NCBI GenBank assembly: GCA_051294905.1
Contig: CM119372.1
Coordinates: 21,454,001 to 21,518,000, forward strand
Source: Botryllus schlosseri
Lineage: Eukaryota
DNA: 64,000 nt
Direction: 5' to 3'
Shown: positions 25,701-38,383 of the stretch, in pieces
How the letters are laid out: each line of letters begins with the position of its first letter
How positions within the stretch are numbered: the stretch's first letter is position 1
Made by a program: the position numbers and the translations under genes
The notes under the pieces: model-generated
What the model was told of the DNA's origin: nothing
The model's input: only the letters and a program-made list of their open reading frames with translations
Databases searched by the model: none

Positions 25701-28181
25701 CCGTTATCTCAATTGCAACAAAAAAAATAACCAGACAGCTTGTTCAAGGTTTCGACAAATAGATTGAAATATTCCGATTTAACTCATCGCGTCGCAACTA
25801 GATCGTGGCATGCACAAGTGGTTGTCAAGTTAGAAATATTCACAACAGGTGGTATTTCATTGACTGACTTGATTGTGTGTAGTAACACATTAAAATATCG
25901 CGATAGTAATTACTGAAACTCTATTTGACAAACGGAAAACTCAGTCGTGAATAGAGTTGTAAGGTTTCATTACTTGTTTCAAATCTAATTCTAAATATGA
26001 CTGGATTGAAAGTTGGTAGTCATGTTTGTCAATTTATTTCAATTCAGACTATGTCAAAGTCCAAATATTTCATTTTGGATTATCTGAATTTACCTTTAGT
26101 ACATCTCGCGAATGGATTCCGACACTGCACTATAACATTTTTGATATGGACTCAAGGATTTTCAATCAACAATGCCTGAATTTTTTTGGTAATGCTAGAG
26201 TTGGCAAATGATTAGTTGCGTGTTTTTGTTAAGCGTTTGATTTCTCAGTATTAAATACAATTATTGTATACTTGTTATTCCTGATTCTCATTGAGCTAGT
26301 TGGTATTGATTCTATAGGTGTGAAAACAGCGGTGCGGAATGTGTGAATAATCCGATGCGGGTGAATGTTGGCATCAGTAATATTCAGGTTACGTTCGATT
26401 CAACAGATCGCGTTAATAGGATTTGTCAAAGGATTTGAGTTGGATCGAATCAATACATTCAAATACGATTCAACTTGATTTGTGTAGTGAGTTTCATTTC
26501 AAGTTGACAAACTAACGCATTGATTGAATATTTTCATAGATCTTATCACGCAACTAAAGTCAGCCACTATTCCGGAGGCGTGAAACATATAGCGGTCGCG
26601 GGCAAGTGACAAATTGTTGGTTTTCGAATCACCGTCTGCGACGGTTCTGTGACAAACTAATTACCGAAATATTACCTTGTGAGCGGGCATGAGGGATTGC
26701 TATGTCTGAAGCATTATCCGGTGAGTGGTCGTTGGATTTTAAAATTATATCACACCCTTTTGAATAAGCGTTCACTTCACAAAGGATTAGGGTTAGAGCG
26801 GAAATAAGTGACAATTTGTCGCTATTCAAGTTACCGACACTGACGGTCTGTTATTCGTTACTTATTAAATCTTACCAGCGAAATCAAGTTCTGTGACAAA
26901 CTGATTACTAAAATTTCACCGTGTGAGCGATCAGTATGGCTATGACACCAAGTCGTGAAAGATGACTATGTCTGAGGTGTTATCTTGTTGGCGATCGTAG
27001 GATTTTACAAATATTTCACACCTTATTGAAGTGTTAGTATGTGAACGCGGCTATTGTTTGTATTTGAATCGCCGTCTACGCCGGTTCTGTGGCAAACTAA
27101 TTACCAAAATATTACCAAGCAAGTGATTCCTAGATTTAGCAAACTATTTCACACCCTTTTTTGCTAAAAGCACGACATACCGCCCGCAGTCTATACCCGA
27201 AAGTACGAATCATCGCCGCGTCCATAAGAATAACGATATATCGAAGTCGCGCTCGCCGTAAACGTTCGGATTACTTCAAATTGGTCGTATATAATAATTC
27301 ATGATACTAACTAAGGAAAAATCACTTGACTATTTACTTGATACATATTCAACACAAAGTACGACATACCAACAACGAAGCCGCATGCGACCGATCCCAA
27401 TACTGAAAAGGGTTACCGTGCGACCACAAGACACAACGTTAGCATGCGACCGATCCCTATCTCCGTAACGCTATCGTGCCACCGGGAGGGGTCGAAACAC
27501 CACTTCATCACCCTATAACTGGAACGTTAGCATGTCACCGCACGTATACCAAAAAACATTAGCATGCCACCACGAGTTTTCACGTTAGCATGCGACCGCC
27601 GCCTATACCCGAAAACGTTAGCATGCGACCGATCCCTATCTCTGTAACGCTATCATGCGACCGGAGCCTATACCCGAAAACGTTAGCATGCGACCGATCC
27701 CTATCTCTGTAACGCTATCATGCGACCGGAGCCTATACCCGAAAACGTTAGCATGCCACCCCCGGTTTCTCGTTAGCATGCGACCGCACCCATAAGAATA
27801 CGTAGCGAGTCACCACAGATCCCGTAAGAATACATGACAGGCGAATCACCGCCACCGCCTATAGCAAAAAAGGCGAGTCACGACCACGAGTTTTCACGGC
27901 GAATCACGACCGCGGCCTATACCCGAAAGTACGAGTCACCGCCGCAGCCCATACCTGAAAGTACGAGTCACCAACACGAGTTTTCAATACGAGTCATCGC
28001 CGCAGCCTATACCCGAAAGTACGAGTCACCGCCGCATCCATAAGAACCCATTACGAATCACGAGCGAGAGGGGGGTCTGAAAGTACGAGTCACCAACACG
28101 AGTTTTCAATACGAGTCACCAGCGGGCCCATAAGAGCCCCATGCAAAAAACGTTAGTTCGCGACCGATCTACTACACTACT
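22581..28181 (-). repeat. Right arm of the 5.6-kb inverted repeat
   Basis: Reverse complement of 15843-21443, with six substitutions seen. Confidence 0.98.
24124..25624 (-). pseudogene. Mirror copy of the pPolB relic, right arm
   Basis: Reverse complement of 18400-19900. Confidence 0.65.
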
Positions 28182-28841
28182 CACACACATACGTCCGGGG
28201 CGGTGAATAATTTATAGATCGTTATCTGTATTTCCCGTGACGCAGAATATCACGTAGTAGGCTAGTACTTGACTATACTTCGATTAGATATAGATAGAAA
28301 TCGTGCAAATTCCAAAATGAACATACTGGCATTATCCGATTTGATTATGTCACAGTGGACATGTGATATGTGTAGATATTATGACTATTTATCTAAATGA
28401 AATATTTAATCGATTATATGCAATTGTCGGCAACCGCTGTAGTCCACGAGGATCGCGTCACTAGTCCGCGACAAATTCATATACTTTTGTAGGTTGGAAG
28501 GTTCAAAATTATAGCGGTGAAGATCATTGATAGAAATTAAATAAAATTCCACATGCCCGTTTCATGATCGAATACCCCACTTTTTCGAATGCAAATTTCT
28601 AGCATCAATATATCTTTGCATAAGAGCTCATTCGTAAATAGATGCACGTTGAACTTTTCCACTGAATAATGCGGCTATGCTATTTTTCTTCGATTTTTCT
28701 CTTGTGGTCGAATTTTTTCAACCATATCTATATTTCATTGTACTTTGGGGCAACGCTGTGGGTTGATCATGAATTCAAAAATATGTTATATTTCCAGTAT
28801 AGATGTGCGATATTAGATAGGAGTCACTAACCTGGACTCAC

Positions 28842-28895
28842 CTTGAGAATTTTTCTCCATGAGCCGTTGAATTTTTTCTTCAAGATTCCCGTATT
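28842..28895 (-). CDS. Type II membrane protein, coding exon 3 (coiled-coil neck)
   Basis: TTCTAG acceptor, GTGAGT donor, 54 bp, phase 1/1; EYGNLEEKIQRLMEKNSQ. Confidence 0.7.
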
Positions 28896-29014
28896 CTAGA
28901 ATAGGATGGCGGATAGCGCATTAAAACATATCCATCAAGGTTATCGTTTACTTGCATATGAAGTTGGTTGCACCAGATGAATAACAAGTTGGCTGCAGCG
29001 TAATTCTTTCACAT

Positions 29015-30305
29015 CAGACTTGGACAACTAGATAATTCTAGTTTTTAATTTCACTAAATTAGAGCGAAATGCAAGTAATCTAATTCTAATCTAATTTGTG
29101 AAGTGTTCCTACGCGATAATTTTAATTCTAATCTAATTTATTGTTTTCCTGAATATGCCTCGTAGTAGTTAATGTGACGAATATTAGCCATGCTGGCATA
29201 GTCAACTACACCAAGAAAAAGAGGATGATTGCTTCAGATCTAACCAAAGAAAATATATTAGAGGATGAAGAGGGAAATGTTTCGCATCAGAGAGTGAGAG
29301 CATGGACTGTGATGTTTTGAGTTACTGAAAAAGTGAAAATCGTTTTCCTCATCTCAAGGCTGCTGCTCGAGAACTCGTAGGCCTGACTGCAACATCGGCT
29401 CCAGCCATGCTGGAAAACTGTATTGTGCAGGGGTCGCCAACTCAAAACAGGTCGCGAGTCACTTCCCGGCCGTGGGCCGTGGGCCGCAAGAATGCAATAT
29501 CGAGACCAATATAGTTGAGTAACCACGTTTTTAAAACTTTATGTTAGTAGCCTACAACACCTTGCTCACTAATATGTCTGATGGTCATGGTTATCACAAA
29601 AGAAGGAATATTTTAATAAAGAAGTACAAATATGACAAGAAATATCATTTATCATAAACTTCATTTAATTTTGAACTATGAGCTTCGCACGATAGCTGAC
29701 ACCGATTTCGAGAGACTAATGAAGAATCCATACTGGGCTTAGCTAGACATGCTACTAGCCGTAAAACTATCTCATCCGAAAAGTTGATCTTGTGGGGACG
29801 TTCTATACCGTTTTCTAAGCGCCTCGGTCTTGGCAGTGCCAGGGCCATTGCACGTCAAGCCAATATGCTTATAAGTTTCGGCGGATTCAGTAATTCTAAA
29901 TCTAGTCTAATTTGGAAAAAATGCGTTGCTCTAATTATAACTCTAATATACGAGGCGAGATAGCGTAGTGGTATATTCCACAGCGGCAACACCAATGGTT
30001 GCGGGTTCGAGTCCGACCGAGGTCGACTCTAGAATTCCAATCTACGTGTTGGAAGTTTGTCTATTTGGCTTCTCGTCGCCACGTGATCCGTGTCAGTGCT
30101 GTCTTATAAAAAGCCTAGAAGTCGGCCGTGCTACAAGTCGGTAAATACGGAATTAAAGTATATCGGCCTGGTGTAAAATGACCCATGCAGTCGAACACCA
30201 TGAATATAAAAAAATCTAATCTAATTTGGAAAATGACTGTGTACCTCTAATTCTAATTCTAATCTAATTCGGAAAAGCTGAAAATTGTCTAGTTTTCAAA
30301 GTCTG
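29015..30305. mobile_element. hAT-type MITE with CTAATT/CTAAT subterminal repeats, containing a Charlie-like fragment (from 29428) and a SINE
   Basis: TIRs CAGACTTGGACAACTAGA / TCTAGTTTTCAAAGTCTG; TSD TTTCACAT / TTTCACAA. Confidence 0.75.
29952..30214 (+). mobile_element. tRNA-derived SINE
   Basis: Pol III A box TAGCGTAGTGG, B box GGTTCGAGTCC, A-rich tail; second copy at 37062-37290. Confidence 0.8.
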
Positions 30306-30433
30306 TTTCACAAATGAAGCCATTTCCGTGAGGCGTCAGCAGAAATCATTATATTTTGCAAAACAGTTGTAGAATATTCACAATAAAATGAACCGCGAAG
30401 GGTTCAAATATGCCCATACCCTATTCTACTAAC

Positions 30434-30583
30434 CTCGATACCAAGTGCCTTGAAATTGAAAATGAAGAGTGAAGATTGCCGCGAATACAGCGATTGCTGC
30501 TGAAAGTAGTAAGATTGCAGCCACTCCCTTCACAAACTTTTGGCTCATTCGACTATCTGCCTTACCCGATTGTTGATAGTCAC
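30434..30583 (-). CDS. Type II membrane protein, coding exon 2 (transmembrane helix)
   Basis: CCATTTAG acceptor, GTTAGT donor, 150 bp, phase 1/1; GDYQQSGKADSRMSQKFVKGVAAILLLSAAIAVFAAIFTLHFQFQGTWYR. Confidence 0.75.
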
Positions 30584-31239
30584 CTAAATGGAAAGAGTTT
30601 TGTGACATATAGAGCCTGCGTGACCTACCTTTTCGGATAAGGGCCACATGAGATTCACGAACCATTGCGCGGGTTACTTGAATGCTGATGAAATTTTATT
30701 GGTCGTTTGATTCGATCGAACTGGATTAGGTAACGGTGAAAACAGGACTTATCTTACTACGCATCAAAATCGATAACAATTATGTCATGAAAACTCAGCG
30801 TGCATGAAAGTCCTAGCCCCAGCGCGAAAATTTCGCAAAGATAATGAATGAATTAGGTCAATAATATTGTTGCTTGCATATATTCCGGGTTTACTCTGTA
30901 TACCGCTGGGCTCATTTGGCAAGGGCAGGGGCTCATTTTGTGCCAAAGTTTCATCGCCAACGATCTCTCCGTGAGTGTACACTGTACAGGCACACGCGAA
31001 GTCGCATTGAACAACGCGTTCTTTCATAATCGCGAATATAGTTAGACTAAACTCTGGAGAGGTTACCAAACCAATACTAAAAGCCAGAAATCGAGTGACA
31101 ATCAATGGCGTGAAGTCAAATATATCCGCCGCAAAATATTCTACTTCATGGGCACTTGGGCATATACGAAGAAATAAGAAAATATGGCTGACCCCTGGCT
31201 ACGCTAATGCGTTGTAGCTGATATTGTAGCCATCAACAT

Positions 31240-32058
31240 CCCAAATCCCAACCCTATCTTTCAATGAAGCGATAGCCTATATTAATGTACACGATACCTA
31301 GCGACCCACTCGGGCCACATAATGCAACAGTGCTGAAGTACATATTGGCGTTTTAAACGTCGCTGAATGTATCTACTGAGGCAACCAAAGGACATAATAC
31401 TCCCATAAAATCATTATCTTCCGTCGCTTTAACAACAATTTCGACGAGGACTTACCAGGGAATATATGCTTACCCTTTAACCGGACAATGTATTCGGCGT
31501 CTGAGTATTGCTACATTGATATTGAGCACAGTGTAAAATGGGTTTCTATACTTGCTACCTATCCCCATTGAGAAGTTATACAGCAGTAGCCAACACCTCA
31601 ATCGAACGGATTTGGTTTTAATGATGCAGTAAAGATATGAAGTCAAGATTGAACCCGTACGCCTTCTCGATTTTTTACATCAGAAAACGATATCAATCTT
31701 ATTGATTGGTCGAATAAGCATCATTCGCTGACTACGTATTTCCCTTATGATGTTCTGTGATTGTGGGCCAAGCTCACAGCAGAGAGTCACTAATTGTTTA
31801 CAAACGGAAAGCTGGATATTTCGAGCAAACCCTTGTAACAAAGCAAGCAAAACTTCTGAGATTGTCAAGGTACATGCTCGTTTAGTGTCGATTTTTAATG
31901 CTGCTAGCGCCATGCATAGAGTGGCCCGCAGTTGAAATGCAATAAGTTTGAACCAAAGATGTTATAATGAAGTGACAATTGTTGTGAACGCGAACCTCTA
32001 AATCTCCGTGGCTCACTCACAGGATGCGGAAGCGAACCTCACGTTCACACCATCCCTA
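31240..32058 (-). mobile_element. Truncated copy of the TAGGGATGGTGTGAAC MITE family
   Basis: Reverse-complement match to 49937-50870, ending ...GTTCACACCATCCCTA. Confidence 0.8.
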
Positions 32059-32134
32059 CTGACCACCTTTGTTAATGATCACATGTCCACAAAATTCCCA
32101 CAGGAAGTTACAAAATTCGAATAAAATGACCCAC

Positions 32135-32264
32135 CGGTCGGGGAGCGCTGCGGTAGCGTATATTTATTTACGTAAACATTTTCACCAGTTACAGATACGA
32201 CGCCGTCTTGATTTGTCTGTCGATTCTCCGTTTCATCAGTCACATTGTACTTCATGGATTGCAT
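32135..32264 (-). CDS. Type II membrane protein, first coding exon (cytoplasmic tail)
   Basis: ATG at 32264 and a GTGGGT donor in phase 1 that joins in frame to 30583; MQSMKYNVTDETENRQTNQDGVVSVTGENVYVNKYTLPQRSPT. Confidence 0.6.
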
Positions 32265-32647
32265 ATCGGTACCGTTCTGGATTCAATTCACGTAGGTAGA
32301 ATTATACCTTGTTAGAATAACAAGCTGCACCTAATGCAATGAATAGTTGTTGATGAATAACGAATGAAAAGAATGAATAACGAATAAGAATGAGTGTATG
32401 CAATTAAGAGGTCCGTCTCTCTTATCGGATAAATTATGTATAGCTGGAATTGAAAGTTCAGCAACCGCAATGGTTGTTCCAGCCGTACATGTGTAATGAA
32501 GACTGATGTACAGTTTGCACACTCTCAGTGATTTGATTTGTTTCCGGTGGCACGCGTTTGTTGATAGTTAGTTTTTAACACCTCGCGTTTACATCGAGCC
32601 ATAATCTATTCCTTAGTAGGACGCCTAAATATTTATAGCCTATAGAT

Positions 32648-34116
32648 CAGTGGTCGGGAACCTTTGTCAGCTGAAGAACCATGTTAGCCCTATATTTTCC
32701 ATTTAAACTCGCAAAGACCCATACATGCCAATCAATTGTTACGTCACAATTTAAAATTCGTGACGTCATGGCAGTACTGATTCGAACTCATTACATGGGA
32801 TTTGTCGTGGGCGCCATATTTTCTCAGTAAAACTCATATCAATATTTTCATCATTCCAAAACACCACAAAACTGCGATACAATGAAAAGATACAGGAAGA
32901 TGTCGAAACAACTTGTCTTTGAAATCGTATGCTACCAATCATCCTGTGATAGCGCAATTCATCGTAAATAGCTCAGAATTTATAATAACTTATATAAATC
33001 TATAGCACTGATTCCAAAATAAATAGCCTACTGATCGACTTCTCAATTCGGCGGTAACATAAACGTTGCGCTACACGCCTACATTTAAAGGGCATGCAGT
33101 AATAGAAAGCTACTTATCAATTTGGAGGTGAATAGCGAAGTGTTGTTTGTAATTTAGATTTGTAATTGGAATGTCACTTCCAAGGCAGTTCATTTCTCGG
33201 CGTAGATCAGGCAGACAAAATGTATTTCAAAACTAGATTGTCATACAGGCATCCCCGTGTCTGCTATTCTCTTGATCAGTGACTCCCGACCGGTGAGGAA
33301 CTCAATGAATTCTGGTGGGGAATAGAAGCATTTGTAAAACGGTATATACATGTTTATGGAGACTCACGCGCGATTACCGTTGCCAGTTAACGGCTCAGGA
33401 AAGTATGTTTCGAAAATTATAAATTGGAAGTGTCCTCGGAGGATGCCTAAATGTCCTATTTTTTTGAATTTGTCCGCTTTTTCTATGAAAAAGATTTAAA
33501 TGCCACGAAAAATGCGAATCCAACGCGGCGAACGACAGAGTTTCGTAAAAAATCGGGAGCCGAATGAAAGTGATGATGACCTTTTATTTAGTCAACACAA
33601 TACTACCGGTCGAAAAATTTTCAAAATCACCAGCTTTCTTGTAGCTTTCAGAATTTATAAAAGTGTCTTCTTTTTAGGTTCTAAAAATCTGGTAAACCTA
33701 TTTTAAAGGATACATAGGAGTTTTGGGTAGTGGGGAATGAAGACTGGGAATAAATCTGACGTGGGGAATGAAGACAAAAAGGTTGGGAACCATTGCTCTT
33801 GATCAGCCAACGTATGGTACAATCCAAGATTACGCAACGCGCAATGCCGGTGCATCGAATTCGCGAGGGATATTGGTCGCTAGCGCTACAGCAACTTAAA
33901 TTTGAGCATTTTGTAACCCTGGGTACGCCACGCACCTCTCAAATGCATGTTTATGCTGCTACGAGAATAATTATTCTGGCCGTTAAGAAGATTTACTATA
34001 ACAAATTGCTGCAATATCGATAAAATTAGGTACAGAATCAAAAATATGTGAAAGAGCCATATCTTATACCCAAAATAGCCATATATGGCTCGCGAGCCAT
34101 GGGTCTCCGACCACTG
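32648..34116. mobile_element. hAT-type MITE
   Basis: TIRs CAGTGGTCGG / CCGACCACTG; perfect TSD CTATAGAT. Confidence 0.85.
33277..33795. mobile_element. hAT-type MITE nested in 32648-34116
   Basis: Degenerate TIRs CAGTGACTCCCGACC / GGTTGGGAACCATTG; perfect TSD CTCTTGAT. Confidence 0.8.
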
Positions 34117-34602
34117 CTATAGATGTATGCGAATACCACCTCATAAGATTTAGTAGATAGTCGGATGCTTCTGGCGAAATGAATCTAATGCAAACGTAGA
34201 TCTTACAAGGTGGTATTCGAATACATATATATGAACGGAGTAATAGGGTTACCTAATCAGAGTTATGTCTTCGCGTTTGCGGCATTGACGGATTCGCTCA
34301 TGGAATCTACTTATGTCAGCAGCTTATTAAAACAGGGATTGCAACATACTAACGTCCTCATGTTAGCGCTAACTGTCTCTACGTTTTCTTTTCTGGTCAC
34401 CAGCACGATGAGCATCTGCAATCAAGGCCTAGATTTCGTTCATTACTCTGTTGCAATATAGCCTACTCAACATCTCCGGATGTTTGCCTACACGAATGTA
34501 GATTGTAAGACATTATTTACAAAAGAATAACCCTGCGGTTGTTATTGGTAATTGTGGCCTGCTTTAGGAAAGGTGATTGGTTTCGCATTAAAAGAATCGA
34601 TA

Positions 34603-35887
34603 ACACTGGTCAACACATATTTTTAGGCATTCAAATTGGCTCTATTTTGGGAGATTATCCATGGGGCTATTTTCACTAAAATCTCATATTTTCGCTGCAT
34701 GGGCTGGATAGAAAATCGGATCAGTCGTACTATAAAGTTCAGAAATTCAATGTACATGTTATTTTGACACGCCGAAGACTGTTTTAAATCAAAATACGTC
34801 AAGAGAATTGTATTTCAGGGTATTAGATTTATCATAATTGGAGACTTTCACGGATATCATGTACATAAATAAACTTCAATCGTGTGAATAATCATTTACC
34901 TAAATATTCTAATAACATAGCATTATTTGAATCAGTTTTATGTCAACCACCTATTTTAAATTCAAAATAATCAGTTGGAATATAATATTAATAACTTAGC
35001 TTGAAGTAAAATTCCAGCAGTTCCAGCATTAGTCTGCCATAAAATGTTCGTCGCATCTGCAATGATATCTTTCTTTTGTTGTTTTGATTTATTGGGGAAC
35101 CTTTCCCCTTTCTGTTCCCTCTAATCTACAATATTATCAGAAAATATACCAAGATGAACAGGAAGTGAATGCTCATGTTTTCTCCAAGGTTTCCATATGC
35201 ATATGCCAATTCTCGGATCAACTGTTTGTAGTAGGGTTCCATGCAGTGAGCTCCTTTCTTACTATGAAATTGTAATCCTTGGTCTGTATTCGAATCTCAG
35301 ATCAGTCAAAGACTCCAGATTTAAGCTTCTCATTTGATATAGATACTAGGTATACCCACTTTGTTGGCTTTACGGAAAATTATCCATTTACAAGTGAAAA
35401 AAGAAATAAGAGGAAGAAAAAGACGCATATGAGTATTTTAGTTAAGCTTTCCAGGGACAAACATGATAGCTTTATACTCCTCTTTCATCTTGGTAGAATG
35501 ACTAATTGGAGAGAAGAATATAAATTTCCATTGTGAAAAAGTACAATTTTTAGGCTTGACAAACTGCTTTTTTAGCAAGCAAATTTATCGCGCCAGGTCA
35601 TGTCAATATTGATGGAATAATTGAGAACGACATGAGTGTTCATCATAGTCAATCATCTATTTATGCGCTGTATAAAAGTAGACAAATCTAAGATTTACTT
35701 CCCACCAAGTGAAATATTCGAGGGTAAATGCAGTGATTTTAAGCATGTTTAGGGGTATAAATATCTTCTTTTCTAGAGCCGATCTGACAAAACTAATGTG
35801 ATATTCGTAATCAGCAACCTCGAAAACCCCAGAAACGGCTCTCAGATGTTCTGCCAATATTTTTATTTTCAATTTGTTGACAAGTGT
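34603..35887 (-). mobile_element. TIR element (ACACTGGTCAAC ends) with a decayed transposase relic
   Basis: Ends ACACTGGTCAACA / TGTTGACAAGTGT. The minus strand gives MSIHFL and RYHCRCDEHFMAD*CW, like the RYQGRW...MADYCW motif. Same family as 61019-62643. Confidence 0.7.
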
Positions 35888-37061
35888 AATGGATAAAATA
35901 GGATTTAAGTATTATTATTCCTATTCAATCAATGGCAGATGGATATAGCCGTCCTTGGTTATTTGTTCTCTTGTCTCTGTTGACTTTATTGCATTTAATT
36001 GCATTAATTCCCTGTATATATCATTATACTGTTGGAACTATGGCGGTTAGGGTTTACCAATGTATGTAAAACTCGATCTAGATGGCCCGCCGGATTCGAT
36101 TCTTCTGATCGCTTGCAAGTCAGATCAGTAAAATGACGCCACACTGTAAATCCATGCCTTTGTGGGATGCTTCGTTATCATGTCTACATATAATATATCA
36201 TAATAGGGTTCGTAGGGGTTCTATTCTCGCAACATCAACATTAGGAACCAATGGAAATGTCAAACGCTAAAAATACAATGATTGAATAAAGTTCTAATCC
36301 ACTTCCCTGCGTATATGTTGTTACAAATAAAAGAGATTTAACTGTAAACTTAGGCTCATCGAATTCTTATTCGTGATTAATAAATCCCCTTTCGGGTTTT
36401 CTTGGAACGATATCGAGTCACAACATAAAAACGATTGTGAATCCACTGCATTGGAGTAACTCACCATACTACAGAAAGCGGGAGATTAAAGAAAATATTT
36501 TTACCAAAATTAACATACGTTGAATAGGCACGTTTGATCGATGGAAATGACAAAATGTAAGGCCGGGGATCTTTTGTGTGAGAAGTTATTTAGCATTGCG
36601 ACCACAGATCTATTGATAATAGTCTTTGAGCACTATGTAACGCGCATCCAACGGTTCTGCCTACACTGTGTAGATACACGCATGAAATTGCACAACTCAC
36701 TGCACATGGCCCACAACATTTTTTCCGAGCAACGGCAACTTATGGGAATATCTGGAGTGGATTCCCGAGCGCGAAATCTGATAACATTCGCACGAATCAA
36801 AAGCTACTGCGATACTGATCGCAAAGATACGGAATTTATCCTGCTGCCTATACATCAACGTAGAATACTATGGTTCTCATTGGCGTTCCTGCCTGTGTGT
36901 AAAACTACCTTTTGATTCATTTTAGAGAGAGGTATGAACTGAGGGTACACTTTTATATCTTCTGGTCCACTAACGGCGACTAGAGTGGAAATGCAACAAT
37001 TGCGTCAGACTGTGCTGTGTACATAGTCCGACTGTTCAAAACGTACTTTTACTTGAGGTAC

Positions 37062-37290
37062 GGGGTTGCGGGTTCGAGTCAGACAGAGGTCGACTACAGA
37101 ATTCCTATCTAAGTGTTGCAGGTTTACCTAGGCTCCTCCTCGCCACGTGATCCGCATAAGCGGTGTCTTATAAAAAGCCAACAAGTGGGCCTTGATACAA
37201 GTCGGTAAATACGCAATCAAAAATAAATCATATCGGCCCGGAGTAGAATGACCAATGTAGTCGAAACAGCATGAATATCAAAACAAACAG
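37062..37290 (+). mobile_element. 5'-truncated copy of the tRNA-derived SINE
   Basis: Aligns with 29997-30214 from the B box (GGTTGCGGGTTCGAGTC) onwards. Confidence 0.8.
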
Positions 37291-38343
37291 ACGTGAGTTA
37301 CGAGTAGTCGAGTATACCGATTGTGGTGACTGGTGATTAATCTCCTTTTCGCCACTAGAGGGTGTTTTGTGCTGATTGCTTTCTGATTACGTTCACATCT
37401 TGACTATTCATTTCATTCTGTTGTACTAGTTGGATGCGACATCGTTTTTGTTCGCAGTACCGGCTTTAACTCTATTTCATTGTCTTATAACTTATTGTAT
37501 TCGAATGCAATAGCTTACTTCCATGTTAATAAAAGCGTTAGAACCGACCGTATTGAGTTCTATCAAAGGGTACAACACCAACTATATTGCTGATGAAATA
37601 ATATAAAATTAGCAGGCCACAACTTTAGTAGAGAAGGTTCGCATAGATGTGGTTTTGAATTACGGCAAATCAGGTTAAGGATATAAATGCACTATGTTGT
37701 CGATTACTGTAAAGGAAGACCACCTACTATTCCAAGAGTGGGCTCCAAGTACCAGCAACATCCGCTCGTTTTTGCAAATCATCTTAAATCAACAATATGA
37801 GCATATAGGCTGATAGAACAATTGAGTGACGCATAGGGATGGTGCGAACCACAGAGAGGTTTTGATTCGTGTGAATATGATGTTTGATGAATGTTTCGCT
37901 GTGAACTCGAATGTATGACTTCCTGTTACATCACAATGTTAATTTAGAACACTGTGTTTCTGTTCGGATAGCTGTGCAGGTCGGACTACATGTACAATAC
38001 TTGAGCGAGAAAGTATACACTAGTTCTCCAAAACGAATTAAAAACAGATTGCCATCATTTGACTTCATCCGAAATCTGGATAGTCACCCTTGAGTTCATT
38101 AACTCCCCTGACTACCTTCATGGATGTACAAATAGACGTGGGCCTACAACTTACCTTACTATGTGTATTTTTATCAAGTTTATCATACTTGAACTATTCA
38201 GCATTTATACTATTTTATTCGTCTTTTCCGAAAAGAGAGGCAATGGTTATTGCCTTTTGCCTTCATTTACTCTCCCCTACCGGTAAATATTTTATCAGTG
38301 ACAGACAGTAACGCGAAACAATAAACTTCATATTGCTAATTTA

Positions 38344-38383
38344 TTCGCTAAAAGCTTTTCGACTGACTCTCATCAGTAGCGAA
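38344..38383 (-). ncRNA. Minimal type I hammerhead ribozyme motif (Penelope-type)
   Basis: Minus strand reads UUCGCUA-CUGAUGA-GAGUCAGUC-GAAA-AGCU-UU-UAGCGAA: 7-bp stem I, conserved core, 2-bp stem II and a palindromic AGCU in place of stem III. Confidence 0.7.

Larger units (their letters stand above)
15843..28181. mobile_element. Non-autonomous palindromic Polinton/Maverick-derived element (12,339 bp)
   Basis: Termini AGTAGTGTAGTAGATCGGTCGCG / CGCGACCGATCTACTACACTACT; 6-bp TSD CACACA (15837-15842, 28182-28187); 5,601-bp inverted arms; decayed pPolB-like and minor-capsid-like motifs inside; no intact long ORF. Confidence 0.85.

Noticed and set aside
15843..28181. Palindrome as a sequencing or assembly fold-back artefact
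   Set aside because: Not favoured: unique flanks on both sides, an exact 6-bp TSD, a unique spacer and several arm mismatches. Read-level confirmation is still needed.
29952..30030. tRNA gene
   Set aside because: A and B boxes are present, but there is no convincing cloverleaf, and it continues into a repeated body with an A-rich tail, so it is a SINE.
36541..36915. 124-aa ORF
   Set aside because: No recognisable domain or splice context; a length reachable by chance.
37322..37577. Solo LTR (TG...CA with AATAAA)
   Set aside because: Flanks CCGAT / CCAAC match at only 3 of 5 and there is no second copy in the window; unproven.
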